Part shown: positions 1 through 14,288 of the stretch, piece by piece
Layout of the letters: the number at the start of each line of letters is the position of its first letter
Position numbering within the stretch: the first letter of the stretch is position 1
Source of the DNA: Tubulanus polymorphus
Lineage: Eukaryota > Animalia > Nemertea
Length of the DNA: 64,000 bases
NCBI RefSeq assembly: GCF_964204645.1
Contig: NC_134027.1
Location: forward strand, 2,512,485 to 2,576,484
Reading direction: 5' to 3'
Program-made: the position numbers and the translations under genes
Notes under the pieces: model-generated
Seen by the model: only the letters and a program-made list of their open reading frames with translations
Database searches by the model: none
What the model was told of the DNA's origin: nothing

Positions 1-34
1 CAGTATCGGTCAGAATCGTGATTTCATTTTCCAG

Positions 35-1102
35 GTGGTCGAAGTGGAAAGACACCGATAGGAGCGTTTGAAATGTATAACTTTGATGATAAAAAGTGGC
101 ATAAATTACCAGATTTACCGAGTCGCCGGGTATTTCCAATGTACATAGCATCCAGTACTCATCTATACAGCATCGGAGGCCTGAATGAAAATCCAACTAA
201 CGGGTTTTCTGCCACCTGTGAATTATTCGATTTTGAAAAAGGTAAGCTGGTGATTTATTGATATTACTCAGGGTCCCTACAACTCCTTGAATCCTTGAAA
301 ACTCCTTGATTTTTGAAAATATTTAGTAATACTTAAGTAATACTTGTTAACTTCATGGAACCTCGTAAGAACAAACTCGGACAACGATTCATCTAATATA
401 AAAAACTAGGATTCTTCGAACTCTCGGTTATAAGGCTGAAATTTTCTGGTCCCTTTGAGTTCTCCATCTTATAACAAGCTTCCTTGGTTATTAGTATTAT
501 TAGACATTGAGGAGATGGCTTTATCAGGGTGGCCACTGACCTTGAAAACCTGTTAATAATCCCTCATGCATCACTATGGGTGTACTCTTTTATCAGATCA
601 GAGAATCTGTTTGCCTCCAATATCCGTGAAAATATCCGATCGTGAAACTAAACCACAGTCAGGTTACTGGCTAATTGATATCTATAGCAGAGGTAACATG
701 TTGTAATATTTGGATTGCAGGAGAATGGACCATCGGTGCTTCTATGCCTACTAATAGGGGAGATGCTGCTATTGGATTTGTAAATGATAAAGTCGTAATT
801 GCTGGTGGTTTAGGTGAGATATGTACTGAGATAGTATGAAATGATCGTAAAAACCATTCATTCCTTCAAACTTCCACTGATTTTCAACATTTTAACTTTA
901 AACAGGTAATGCCGGTAAACCATTGGCAACAGTAGAAGCTTACGATATATCTACAGATTCGTGGTCTCAACTTCCCGATATGCCAAGTACTCATTGTTCG
1001 TGTTCATTTCTACAATATAAAAAGTGTCTTCACGTGATGGGAGGTTTATCTGTTAAAGGTCCCAGTGGATACATGGAATCATTACAACAGTGTTCGTCAT
1101 AA
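35..1102 (+). CDS. KLHDC8: Kelch domain-containing protein 8-like, 3' part (exons 35-241, 721-813, 906-1102; 5' end outside window)
   Basis: Spliced translation GGRSGKTPIGAFEMYNFDDKKWHKLPDLPSRRVF...GGLGNAGKPLATVEAYD...LPDMPSTHCSCSFLQ...GPSGYMESL* shows kelch GG/Y/W repeats. It closely parallels the KLHDC8A/B C-terminus as I recall it (LPSRRAF, GGLGNQ, MPTARCSCS). GT-AG introns, TAA at 1100-1102. Confidence 0.8.
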
Positions 1103-1133
1103 AGTTCTATTTTTGCAACGATTATAATATACG

Positions 1134-1278
1134 CAGTAGACTCGGTTTACCTCGAATCTCGCGGGACAAGTTATAATCAGGTCTTTATCACGATGAATTG
1201 GAGTGAAATATTTGTAATACATTGTCGGGGCACGCAATAATCCGAAGTGAACGTCTCCAGAGTAAACCGAGTCTACCG
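1134..1278. mobile_element. Tc1/mariner-type MITE
   Basis: TIRs cagtagactcggtttac (1134-1150) and gtaaaccgagtctaccg (1262-1278), 16/17 match, followed by TA. Same CAGTAGACT termini as the element at 27704-27858. Confidence 0.6.
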
Positions 1279-2367
1279 TATATTGAAATTATATAAATCT
1301 AAAGATACAATTATATTATACCATATTTAAGATTTTAATTAGTAAATCAATTGGTAGCATTGATCATAATGTATATGAATGTCTATATATTGAAATAGCG
1401 GAATTGTTCTTTTTTACATTCGATGTAATGATTTAAGATTTGAGTTTTGCTAAACATTTACATCTATTATAAATGTTTTCATTAATAGTCGCTGCTAACG
1501 TCTCTAATTATTGAAGTCATTGTCTTTAATCTAGTCTTCCTTTGTGACACTTAATGATAAGTAGATAGGTCTCAATTTGGGAGTAAGTCCACTCCAAAAG
1601 TCACTGACTTTGCTTTCTTACTTAGTTTTAACCTTTAATGCTTTTTATGATTTTTTTTTAAGATGATGTGTGAACAATAAAAATCAAATTATTCTTATTG
1701 AAATAAATTCGTTTCTTTTTCGCTTTTGTGACCATACTTTTGCATTAATTGTCTGCTGACTATATGATTACTGCACGGCTTGAAATGAGCATAGTTAATA
1801 CGGATTGGTTACAGGAGACATCTCCCCTAAGGCTTAGTTGATACCCAAATTGTATCCCCTATTGCACTGCTTTTATTCTTAGATTTCGTATTTGAAAATT
1901 TTTTATTTGTTATATTTGACTTTTTAATTTACTGCATACAGGCTAAAAAGTACTTGAAGTTATATATCGTAGGTTCGTTTCGGTAATTAGTATGAATAGT
2001 GTAGGTGGTGCTCTGGTCTATTATGAACACGGAAATTGATGTAAAAAGCGCTTTTTGATTTGTTTTTCGGTAAGTATTATCACGTTTGATTATTTGTTTC
2101 ATTGGTTTGTATGAGTAAACTGATTTTTATTTATTGACACAATAAAAGAATCGGAAAAGACCGATATTTGTTGGGAATAAGCAATGCACAAACTGCATAA
2201 AAACAGAACTGTGTCAGTCAGTGTGTGTTCTTGAGATAAATGATCGGCGGGGAAGAAGGGTAACTCGATGTATCGCAGTGTCTTTCCATTCTAAAACTAA
2301 AGTATTTATTCGTGTTTCATTGTTTACAGTTTAGCTGCTAGAATAGACGCTTTGAGCTGCACGAAAT

Positions 2368-5300
2368 ATGTCTGGAGGAAATTCTAAATCCGAAGGATCG
2401 GACAAATCTGGAGATGGTTCATTCGCATCATTACCGGCTATAACTGACCACGACCGAGAACTGGCGAGTCGGTCGATGCAGGAATTCGAACAAGGACAAT
2501 ACGATACTGCTTTACAAATACTGAATGAACTGTTAAAACTCAGACAGGGAGACGCTAAAATAATGCACAATAAAGCCGTTATAGAATACTATCAGTCAGG
2601 ATTGAAAAAAACAGATGAATTTCGTCAGCATATCAGAAATATTTGTAATCAGGTATTATATGAGTTTCATTTGTAGATATACTCTATTGTGTCATTCATG
2701 GGAGAGGTAGCCTCCCTATGTATATCTCTCCCCCCTTGAAAGAAGTAGCTTTGGTATTAATTATCCCTTGCCTATATCAGTCATCTCTTATGGAAAAGTA
2801 ACATCCAAGCTACTACTAGCACATGGGAGACAACATTCAGACTAGATGCCCATTTGCTCTGGGTTGGAGAGGGGCAATGAGGGATTAGTGTCTTGCCCAG
2901 GGGCACTAGATGGTGATGTAGAGGGTTTGAACCCACGACCTGGCATCCCACAGTCGAAAGCTCTAACCACTTCCACCACCCAAACCACTCCATCCTGTTC
3001 CGAGTATTTACAGATATTCTCCTCGTTGTAGTGTCAAGTGAATTTAGATAACATTGCTGCTATGGATGATGTTGATCAGATTCTACTGTATTATAATCAC
3101 GCTGTAATACTGTATCGTCTACGTCAGTATCATTCAGCTGTCAACATTGTCGATAAATTATTCCAGTTTATCGAACCACTTGGTAAGAATTGATTCCTTC
3201 CCGTCTTTGTTAAAAAGTTTGCGTGTAATTTCATGCAGTTGGAGGATGACATCATTGGCCCGAGTAATTTTAATTTCAGAAGAGAATTTGGCTCGGAAAG
3301 TCAGTTTGTTGTTAGCCCAGTTATATCTCTGCACTCATCAGGTTTGTTTTCACTCGTTGGAGAAAGTATGATCACAATCATATCCGATAAGCTTTAAAAG
3401 GTCGATAAGAGATTTTCTCGTGTGGATACTTTCAGCCGGAGAAAGCGACTGGTTTGTTGAGCTTCATCGAGAAGAGTTTATTCAGTAGCAACGGCGGCAA
3501 TAAAACATCTGAGCGCGAATCTAAAGACGGTTCGCCAGAGTACGGAATGAGTGATGTATGGAAGGCTCGAATAAGCCAGGTAAACATCGTTATCAGTTGT
3601 ACTGTTTGTTGATTTCTTTTTGCTTTACGTCATTTGAATCTCAGTTTTTGCCGCGACTAACCCTATGTATTCTTTCTATCATCTTGTAAAGCCAATGAGC
3701 AAATATAGGCTTTAGGCTGAAACTCAATGAATTATCATTATTATTATTCATCTGCTGTTATTTTCAGTATAAAGCTCGCTGCTATTTGATGCTTAAATCA
3801 ATGAAGTTTTGTAAACGAGAAATAAAGAATCTAATGAATACAATAGGCGTGGTAAGTACTTCTGTAGCCGGATGTCGTCGTGAATTCAGTCGTATGTTTA
3901 AGTGAATTGTTTTCGATATTTTTCTCAGAGCCCGCAATTGGTTTTCTTGAAAAGTAATTTCGAATATCTACGCGGTAATTATCGTAAAGCGATCAAAGTT
4001 TTGAACACAGCAATTCAAGCGAAAGGTCCGATGGAGAATCCGGAGACATTAAACGTCATGTACTTCAACAATATGGCCTGTATTCACTTCCACATGTGTA
4101 AACATCACCTGGGTACATTTTATCTACGTAAAGCATTGGCTGAAAATGAGGCAGTGACCCGCGATCTACGTAAAGCCGTTCTCAGTAAGCTTCTAATTGA
4201 TAACAAAATTTGATCCAAATATTTGATAATACAGTCTAACTCTTTTGAATTACTAAATCGAATTGAAACCGTTTGATAATACATTCTAACTCTTGAATTA
4301 CTAAATCGAATTGGAACTGTTTGATAATACAGTCTAACTCTCTTGAATTACTAAATTGAATTGGAACTGTTTGATAATACAGTCTAACTCTCTTGAATTA
4401 CTAAATTGAATTGGAACTGTTTGATAATACAGTCTAACGCCCTTGAATTACTAAATTGAATTGGAACTGATGGGATGACTGATCCGATGGTAGCTTAACC
4501 GATTTTGATTGTAATTGTGAATATTTTCTAGGTAAATCATTATCAGGTCGACCGGTACATTCACTGGGAATCAGTAAATACTATGAATTGTTGTATAATA
4601 TGGGTATACAGCTATTGCACTGCGGAAAACCATTGGCAGCATTCGATTGTCTGATAGAAGTTATTCAGGTTTTCCCCAGTAATGCGCGATTGTGGTTACG
4701 TTTAGCTGAATGTTGTATTATGTGCTATAGAGAGGTAAATTTAATTGGCGTTTGTGTGTATCATCATTCGATTCATTTAATACAGTTATTTTCATCAGTT
4801 GTTCTATTTCTAGTCAAATGAAGAGGATAGCAGTTTATCAAATCGTTTACAAGTCATTCAAGGATCAGTCGGGTCTGGTGTACATCGTAAACTCATTATT
4901 GGTCCCGGTTTAAAGGAAACAGACAAAATGAGGTATCTTTATCCAGAATATAATGGTCGTGAACTTAACCTGTCTAGAAAATGACTCAGCAATTGAATCG
5001 ATATATCAATCCTTTGTTAGTTTTACTTCGTAATTGTGGGTTTTTTCTTGAATTTAAATTCACGTATTTTCTTAACTAATTGATAATAGCACCGATTCAG
5101 CAGCTATACCAGGAACGACGATTGAATTTGCGTCATTGTGTCTGCAGAATGCTTTATTGAATATTCCTGATGATCCAATCAATGCGGTCCCTACCGATAA
5201 TGAAAATGATACCAGGTTAGATTCTATTTGAACTCTTTGAGAGAATATGCTATGGTACAGTTAACCTTGTTTAACTCGCACAGACTGGGACGGTCAAAAT

Positions 5301-7274
5301 TTGTCAGAAAAATTTCTCCGGTAATTGGAAAATGATTAAGTTTTCTGTGCAAGTTAGTAATCAATCTTGAGTTAAGTCGAGAGGTTTTCTGTACAATGCT
5401 TTCAGGGTCAGTTTTGTGGTAATCTATTTTCTAATAACCATTTTCAGTAAAGTCCATGAACCCCTGACTGTACCAGCCCCACCTGGCAATCCTATGAGAG
5501 GACAAGAAGTTGCTAATCTACGGTAGGTAGATTTCTTAGGGAGTTATTGAAAGCATTTTTAATACGATGAATTATGTAATTAGTGCATGCTTTCTAATTT
5601 CAGTTGTACAATACTTTGTGATAGTGCATATGTAGCACTTTGTTTGAATGACTTTCTCATGGCTTATTACTACGCTGACTTACTCATCAAACAACCGAAA
5701 CTTTCCGGCGCTCACAGGTTCGTGAATTATCAAAACTAATCACAAGGTGTATGCGTTTACATCTCACCCAATCCTCATCCGCGGGCAGCAACTTCAATTT
5801 CTCGATGATGCATGCTTCAAATTTGAATCGTTTCTTCTGAAAGTTGGTGTGAGGGTTGGAGAAGTTGTATTGAAAATGGAGGTTATCTAGCTTCTAAATA
5901 AACTAGTTGTCGTATGCAACATGTGACCTGTCTTTATTTTTTGACTCATTACCGTCCACTTACCTTGGGGAGACTAATACCACATTCTTGTTGATTCTAT
6001 TGGGGTTTTAACCCTTTCAGTGCTGACTTATTAATACCCTAAAGTGCTGGAGATAATTTGAAAAATTCTTTAAAATTCCACCCTAGTGTGTTGAATAACG
6101 GGAATACCACTATAGTGCGTCTACACCGCGGCGCGGTGTATCGTTATTCACTAATATTTTACTATGTTTGACAGGTGCTGCCATCTTTCAAGAGAGATAA
6201 TTAGTAATTACTAATTAAATCAATACACCGCAGTGCGGTGTACTAGCAAAATCCATCACCGATTCGTACACCGCACTGCGGTGTAGACGCACTGAAAGGG
6301 TTAATCAAATGTATAATGTAAACATGATGTATATTTTTAATTGCAGGTACCTGGGACATATGTATATATCGGAAGCTCTTGTAGCGTTGGATAAGATTGC
6401 CGACGCAATTCAACATCTTAATCCTGATCTGATAACTGATGTCAGTCCAACTCCACCTGAGTGTAAACATGAACAAGGTCAATTTGTATTCAATTCACGC
6501 CAAACCAGTTGAGCATGAAATTCAATATCCAGTTGCTGAACGTGTAAAAATTCTTCTTTTTAGAAAAAGACAGAAATGGAGACCTACCAGAAGGAGAAGC
6601 TAAAGGTAGTTATAACCTATTAGTGGATTAATTTGATTGATCACTCAATCTTAAAATGGGCAGCCTTAGAAGTGTTGGCTGCTTACTGTATACAGTCAGC
6701 AGCGCTTGAACCTGCTTGTCATTCGGCGCCATTATTATTGAATGCATCATCAACATGCCTTAATATCCCACTTTCTCAGGAATGGCAGATAGTCATGTAA
6801 TGATGCTATTTTTTTGCTTTAGCCGCTCTGTACAGTTGGTGTCCAAAAGATATCACAAAAGCTAAAGCGATAATGCAATATAACCTTGCAGCTGCCCATA
6901 CCCTGCGAGGCGAGCATGAGAAAGCTATCATGAATCTGGCGAAGGTGAGATAAGTCTGTGCTGCCATCTATAACTACTAGTTATCAGAAATACATATTGA
7001 TTTATCATAGGGCCTATAGATTTTAAAGTTTGAATACATCTATTTCAGAGCACACAAGGAATTGGAACACCATTTCCGGCGCAAATTTACTTCCTTCGTT
7101 TATATTTGGACTTGATGGAAGGTAAATTAGTAACACTTCTTTATTTGAAAAACTCATCCTTTTTTTCTTCAGTTCAAAAATGAGAAATTATTTTTTTGTA
7201 TTTTAGGGCGTCGGAAATTAGCGCAAGGCGTCATTAAGGAACATTTTGGTCACATGACCCCGAATCGAGTTTGA
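2368..7274 (+). CDS. CNOT10: CCR4-NOT transcription complex subunit 10 (multi-exon, TPR-like)
   Basis: Exons join by GT-AG introns into [22 protein letters not shown]...[77 protein letters not shown]. These are hallmark CNOT10 segments. ATG 2368, TGA 7272-7274. Confidence 0.95.
2840..2985 (-). mobile_element. tRNA-derived SINE in CNOT10 intron
   Basis: Minus strand reads an A-box-like TGGTGGAAGTGG and a B-box GGTTCAAACCC, then GTGCCCCTGGGCAAGACAC, a motif typical of conserved SINE central domains. Confidence 0.65.
4222..4469. repeat. Minisatellite, 5 copies of a ~50-bp unit, in a CNOT10 intron
   Basis: Unit tttgataatacagtctaactctcttgaattactaaattgaattggaactg starts at 4222, 4272, 4320, 4370 and 4420. 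Confidence 0.95.
4933..5089 (+). other. Putative U12-type (minor spliceosome) GT-AG intron in CNOT10
   Basis: 5' site GTATCTTT; branch-like TTTCTTAAC ending about 13 nt before the exon; no polypyrimidine tract. Splicing restores the frame (..[11 protein letters not shown]..). Confidence 0.7.
6012..6300. mobile_element. piggyBac-type non-autonomous element (MITE)
   Basis: TTAA on both sides (6008-6011, 6301-6304); TIRs ccctttcagtgc / gcactgaaaggg; three internal palindromes tacaccgcNNNgcggtgta. Confidence 0.85.
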
Positions 7275-10200
7275 TTTGAAGATTGCCTTTCAAGAATATT
7301 TGCTTTTAAAGTGAAAATCTATTGATGCTCGTAGGAAATGTTATATGATAAGTTGTAAAACCAGTTGGAGAACAAAATACAAAACATATTTATCATTGTA
7401 ACTTAAGCTGGATTGCTTAAAATGTCATATTAAAGCATTTAAAATTAGAATGCTGTATTTGTGGTCGAATTCCTTTGAGTCATAGTTTGAAGCAAGTCTA
7501 CTGAGTGCTACTTTTTGGTAAAAATTTTGTTAAGGCCAAGATCAAGAATCAGGACATTAACATTTGATTAGAATTTAATTCGCTTCCTGTGGCATGTGAG
7601 TGAGTCACCATTCTTCGGCCGCTTCAGGATACATTCGCTGAGAAAAGAGTTCTATTGAAATTGGCTTGATTAACGTTTTAAAAAGCAGTTTCCTCTTAAA
7701 TGAAAATTTAAGATTGATAAGATTATTCACTTAAAATGGAAAAGTGTTGGATGATGAATGAAATTGACAATATCTAGATCCCTCGCATGCCACAGCAAAA
7801 TAGCGAGGTCCTGTTCGATCTCAGCCGTTCAGTGCTGCCCCAATGAATAACGATAACGGAATTTCTATGAACTAAATAAAAACGTTCAACAACTTTGGCA
7901 AGTGAGTTGGCATGTTAGTTCACATTTTTCTCGCTAACGTTATACATAGAGGCAGCACTAGAAGGTTAAGAGCTGACCTCGTTCTTTACCGCGGCGGGCG
8001 CAATTGTTTCAGTTATTCCATCAACGCTAAGCTTTATTCAATGAAACTATAAACTCTTAAATAATTAAAACTTTGATGCCACTTTCTAAATAGAAATGTC
8101 AATTTGTTTTATATCATAATGATTTTGGTTGTAAGATAAGAATTAAATCTTATGTATCCGTCAGTGTACGGTAGTTTTTATGGTTAGAAATGATGAGCAG
8201 TTATGGGTCTATCAGGGCGCAGTGCTACTTTTAACCGCGCCTTAAGTACATACTTTTGCGCCTTAAACCTCTCCGGACGCCGTGCAGCACGATTCTTCCT
8301 GCTAAATAATCATGAAAGCCAGGGCTAATGCAAGTGTAGTTTTTAGTACCACCATGACCCAGAATCCCGGCTACGACGATTCATTCATGCAACCCACACC
8401 AAGAAAATCAGAATCTGATCACGGTACATGTGTGATCGAAACCGTGTGATCATATACAGCCAGATCAGGATGTAGTTTAGTTTGTGAAATATCCGATTGT
8501 CAAAGCAAATACCAGCAGCACCACCACACCCTGTAAAGGTTCAACGTGATAATGTCAGGGGTGTTTCCTTCCTCCATTCTTAGAAAGGTCTACAACATGT
8601 CGATGATCCCCCGCAGTGGAGCAGGGCGTATACAAGTAACATGTACCTACGAGCTCCATTCACAACGTACAATATCCATAGCAACGACACTGTTCCACTC
8701 GATTTAAAGTGCAGATCACCCTTGGCATTCAACTCCCCCATTCGAGGTCATCAGATATCAGAAAGGGCACACTGACCCAACATGTGTCTTATGAACTTTC
8801 CAAACGATTGACCCAACTGAGTTGCATCCAGTTGAAAAGTAGAATGGATCACAGGCAAAAAGCGAAACAATGAACTACACGTCTGTAAATAGTCAAAAAG
8901 CACAGGGATGATTTTATTTTTCAGTATAGCAAAATTTTTTATCATTTTACATCAATTTTCAGAAAACTGAACTATGTTTCATACATGTACGCATCCACCA
9001 TTAACATTTTAGTTATTATCAATTACATACTTTTTATCATTCCTACGTACATGCTCAGAAATTACAACATTGGCTAATCGATGATCAAAGCTGGCCAGTA
9101 GTTCTTACATTCTGAATTCTCTGCATGGATATGTACAATCAATGTATAGTATAATTTTAGATCAGAATTAATTATAAACATTTGGAAAATCATTGAGTAA
9201 TTGACTGGTAATTAACCCCTGAATGTATGACCATCACATTACGTCACTATAGCAACTGCCTGAGAACTATCTTGCATAACGAAGCATAAACAGATCAGAG
9301 CTGGCCGACCTAATAACCCTGCCTTCACCATACAACTATACTTGGACAGTGTCCAGCTAAACCAACCAATGTTTGCTCTTCTAAGCAATCAATAGAACTT
9401 CAGATTACATACACACCATGTAGATATAGAGCAGAACATGATTTATTAGCTAATGTACTTTTAAGATCACACTGCGCACCTTCTCGGATTATTAACTACA
9501 GCCATTCATTTATATATGGCAGGTTTTGAATTAGTAAAATAAATCATTTATTCATGTCATGAAAAATACCAAAAGTTTTTAACATTGACCTCCAGGCATA
9601 AGTACATCTAGTCGGACCATCCGATCATTATTAATAAGACAACTGTACTATAATAAAAATCTGAGCTCAAAGCATTCGCAAAATCTGAGGTATAATTCTT
9701 AAAACGGATGATATTCTTAAAGATTCCCTGACTGACACATGAACTCAAGATTGTGAGGCTGAGCCATCATTACACAATATAGAAACTCAAACCTCAAAAA
9801 CTGTTATGAAATAAACTATATGATCCAGATAATTTTTTTGCGATCTACAAAAGGTTTTCGTTTTATGATTTCAATTCCTGAGTTAAAAAGTTCTGTGCGT
9901 TCCAACCTTCAATTTTCTCATTTGAATGTAGTAACATGGAAAAATGAAACGCACAGTTTAGAGGTAATTTCATTACATGCTTAGAGCACAAAGCTAGCAA
10001 CAATACAATAAGCCTAAGAACACCTAAGAGCTTTAATGCCTTCTCTGTAGCAAATGTAACAAGCCGCTTGGAGCGACAAAGCAGATAACTAAATGGGTCT
10101 TGGACCTGAGTATAACAAATTCTTGAGAATTTTACATCAAACTCTTTTTTCACTATGTATTGAGTAGTTATGAATTACCGGTATTTTATCTAGCGTTGGT

Positions 10201-13200
10201 CACGTATTCTTAAAATCACGATTCTCATTAAAATCTGCAAATATGTGTGAGAACGAACCCTATATATGACACAATATCGATCTGCAATATCACAACTTTA
10301 TGTATGACCGGACCCGATTTCATGAAAAGGTATTAGGGCTCAAAATGTCAAAAACTATATTTTCACCATACAGACATGGAGAAGTACCCAATCATATGGA
10401 AAGAAAAAATGTTGAAGTTTTCCATGAATTCGGGCCGATGGTTTCTCGAATCATTCTATGTTTAGAACAGTAGTCTGAACAAGATAACCGGACTTTTTTT
10501 TAACAATAAGCGCTTTCTAATAACTCTAATTACATATATACTTATTATAATACATTCACACAGGCATCAGTCCTAGATTGATTACACAAAAGATCAAACC
10601 TTAAAAAGAAAAATGAATTCTTGCCAAGACGAACAGTAAGAATGTCATGTCAACTGGTTGTTATTAGAATCAAATTGAAGGCTCAAATGATAGAGGACAT
10701 TTGCCTGTGAATGAACTCCACACAAACAATGCTGCCACTATTAAAACTCTACAATATATATATATATATACCGGTATATTTTTTTTTCATGCAACAATAA
10801 AAATAAAGGTCATTATATGAAAAATTAAGAATAAATTTGGTTTGTTGTTATTACAATATCATTATCAATCATATAATAATACATGTTTATCGTAAATATA
10901 TCATCATTAAGTCAAGATCAACACAGGTTAGCATGTTTCATCAGCAACAAATTTTGAAAAATTAACAAGTCTTGTATTTTCTTCAGTTGAATATCAGGGG
11001 TGAAAGGGTTATTGCTGTGACTAAACATAAACCAAACCATTAACCCTCAATCCCTTCAGGCTTTTAATGATATGTCAATCACCAATACTGCAAGGCAGTA
11101 GTGGATCCAAGCCAGATGTACTGCAAGTAATTTAAAGTACAAGTAACCTTTGTATGACCCTGACATTATGCTAGTGGTCAAGAGTACTCGGAGCTATAAT
11201 AGTGTACACTCATGCTCTACATTTTAGCATTCAAATTTGTCAGTGAGCTATCAGTGAAGTTCAGCTATCTATGATAATATAAAACTTAAAATCAAACTTT
11301 AAACCCTTTACCACCTTCAATTTCTAAACTGTATGTACTTTAAGAGTACTACGTATGAGTTGTACGTTCTCCATTAAACAAGAGATGATAAAATTAAAGT
11401 AATCTAAATGAAGCAAAAGTAATTCCGATATAAATACAGTATTCTAAAATCTGAACTTCTGATACTCTTAACCACTATCATATCGCCTCTAAGTTATTAT
11501 TAATGACTTAAAAAATAAATGGCATGGAAATGTGATATTCCGGATTACAAACTACACGGCATGTAAATACGATATCTTACTACTCCGGATTACAAACTAC
11601 CGAATGTAGAAACGTGAAGACAAGACATCCAAAATTCATTTGATGACAAAGAAAATAACCACAAAACATTAGGTACAATAATATACGATCACCTGAAAAT
11701 ATACCCGACACTAAGAAGTACATCAACATATACCAGCTGATGACTAACAATCTTAAATTGCTCAATAGATTTACATGGATATATATATATACCAACCATT
11801 CTCTCAAATTCTAAAAGGGACTTTTTTCACAATACGTTGGTCTAGGACCCTTCTACTCCATAGCACACCAAAGCAAAAGACTGTATCAGATACAGACATA
11901 TCGATACTTTTTAATGGCACTCCACAAAGACGGGATAGTTTTAACTACATTGGAAATGATTATTTAAAAAATAAAATATCAGATTTTCTCAAAATCAACT
12001 GAACTGTCAATTTTGTGCAAAAAATTTTAACAATTAACAGTGTGAAGTTTATATCCTATGGATTAGTTTGTTAAAAGAACTTTTAGTATGCCCTGCTTTG
12101 CTGGAGGGGCATGTAACATACAGATAACTTTTAGCTATTAGACATATTTTCATGCTTAGATTTTCCTGTCTAAATTTTATGACAAAAACATTAAGTAAAT
12201 TTTAAAAGTTCTCGTTTGATACTCACCTAACTAAAATACATCATATCATCACAAAGAACTCTTTCCTTATAAAACGCAAAAAAATTTTAGCGTGGTTCAA
12301 TGAAGATGGCACAACCGAAAAAAGCAAAACCGGGTTTTAGAAAATCATTCATCATAAGCTGCCTTTGTTTGACATATCTTCCTTCAAAAGGAGTTTGAGA
12401 CAAGAATTTTGCGATGGTAGAATATTGTATTACGCGTTTATGGAAGATTTCGTAAGTTTCAAAACATATTCAACGAAACGTCATTTATAACTTGAATGAC
12501 ACTGAAAAAGAGGCAACATTCGATGCAAATTAGCCATCAAAATGTAATTCTATACGAGGGGTTTCTACTCTGACATTCGCAAATTTTTCATAAACTTCAC
12601 ACAAAATACTCTCATTTCAATAGTAATGAATCAAGTCACCGAGATTTAATTGAATACAGGAAAAATTCTAACTAATCCGAGCAGTTTGACGCTTTAGTTT
12701 TTGAACATATCCAGGCCTAAAAAAACTTGTGTCCTAAAAGGCTATTCAGTGCAATGTTATTTTTATGCTTGAAAAATAACTAGGTCAAAACAACAGTGAA
12801 ACATTTTACAGCGATCCACATACATTCATCAGTGAAGCAAACTTTTCCTGAATACCATAGTTATTCACTTCATATCTAAACTATTCTAATCTGTTCGAAT
12901 TACTTTTGCGTTATAAAATCACAAAGGCGTAGAAAACAATACAGCAGACCGTTAACTCCTGAGGTCGTGTGTCGTTTAAAATTATAATCATTAAAGCACG
13001 GAAATCATCACACTGTTTCAACGCGACAATGCAGTTTGTGCCACTATTTTAAGCAATACTGTAGCGGTTACGATGAGCGATTTTTTTTTAGTCGGTTATA
13101 ATAATATTATTAAATATACACAGTTAATTACGTAATATTCAATCTCTAGTTGCATAAAAAAGCAGAGCATGCGTTCGTCGTTTTTTTTTTCTCAAATTCT

Positions 13201-13397
13201 TGACAATCGTTGATATTTTTATACTATGTAAGACCCGTCATAGATTACGTTCAACATGAAGAAGAAAAAGCAACGCGTATGTTAACAATAATAATAAAGT
13301 ACCAATATCAATATTCATAATAATAATAATAGTAATACATATATAATAAGATATATATATATGTATATATAATATACACAAGTGGATTTCCAGTGTG

Positions 13398-13420
13398 TGA
13401 GGTAGAAAGTGTTCACAGTT
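13398..13420 (-). promoter_or_regulatory. let-7 complementary site (8-mer seed plus 3' pairing)
   Basis: Plus strand TGAGGTAG aaagtgttc ACAGTT corresponds to mRNA AACUGU...CUACCUCA, pairing let-7 nt 1-8 and its 3' end (one G:U). Confidence 0.75.
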
Positions 13421-14288
13421 ATCATACTAACTCTACAGTTCCCATGGACAATATCTTCATCGCTCGCGCAATCATTTCAGTTTTAGATCTAGAGGCGACA
13501 CGGCCTACGTAGCAAATATAAGCTACGAGAAGAATTCATTAAAACACCTTTTCAAATTATACACTTTTTTTAAACCACCGGTAATAATCGAATATCCAAG
13601 CAATCAAATTACGATACACAATAATATCTACACATTATCTCAGGTCACGTAAAAACATCCCAACACCTTCGCTGACACCATAAACAAGCCAGGTCACAAA
13701 TATAGAAAAGAGACAACTTTTGAAACCGGGTATCGTTAAAAACTGCATTTCTAAGGGTTAAACCCAAAAATACTACAACAGGAAAATGCCCAGAATAATT
13801 AATCGGTAAAGAATCTAATCTATCCTGCAGGATCAACACGTGTCCATATAAAGCAATTATCTGATATAATGCAGCGTTTTTTCCTCCTCCATAATCTAAA
13901 ATTAACTAATTTTGCACCGGCTCTAGTCACATCATAGATTCAATAAAATAGTGTTCAAATTGGCAACGTAAACTAGCGCAATGACAAACCAACGAAATAT
14001 TTGATAGATTACTGGCATAGTGATAAGCGTAACAAAATCGTCAACAAATATACACGATATATGTATATGTATATATATATATATAAGGCTATTGATTATT
14101 AGAGTAATGTCATGGTAAATGTCGAGAAATTAAAAACAAACGAAAAAACGCGACTGATCAGCGAATCAATCATTTAGAATCAGTATAGGCCTAACTGATT
14201 TACTACGAGGTTAATATGTAACGATAATATACCTATCCCCCCTTCTCTCTTTCACTATCTCTCCGTCTTCAACCGACATTTTAACCTA

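Noticed and set aside
4222-4469. Regularly spaced repeats suggestive of a CRISPR array
   Set aside because: Head-to-tail units with no unique spacers, inside a eukaryotic intron; this is a minisatellite.
11788-11806. tataccaaccattctctca resembles nematode lin-41 LCS elements
   Set aside because: It is on the strand antisense to TRIM71 and lacks an intact seed match.
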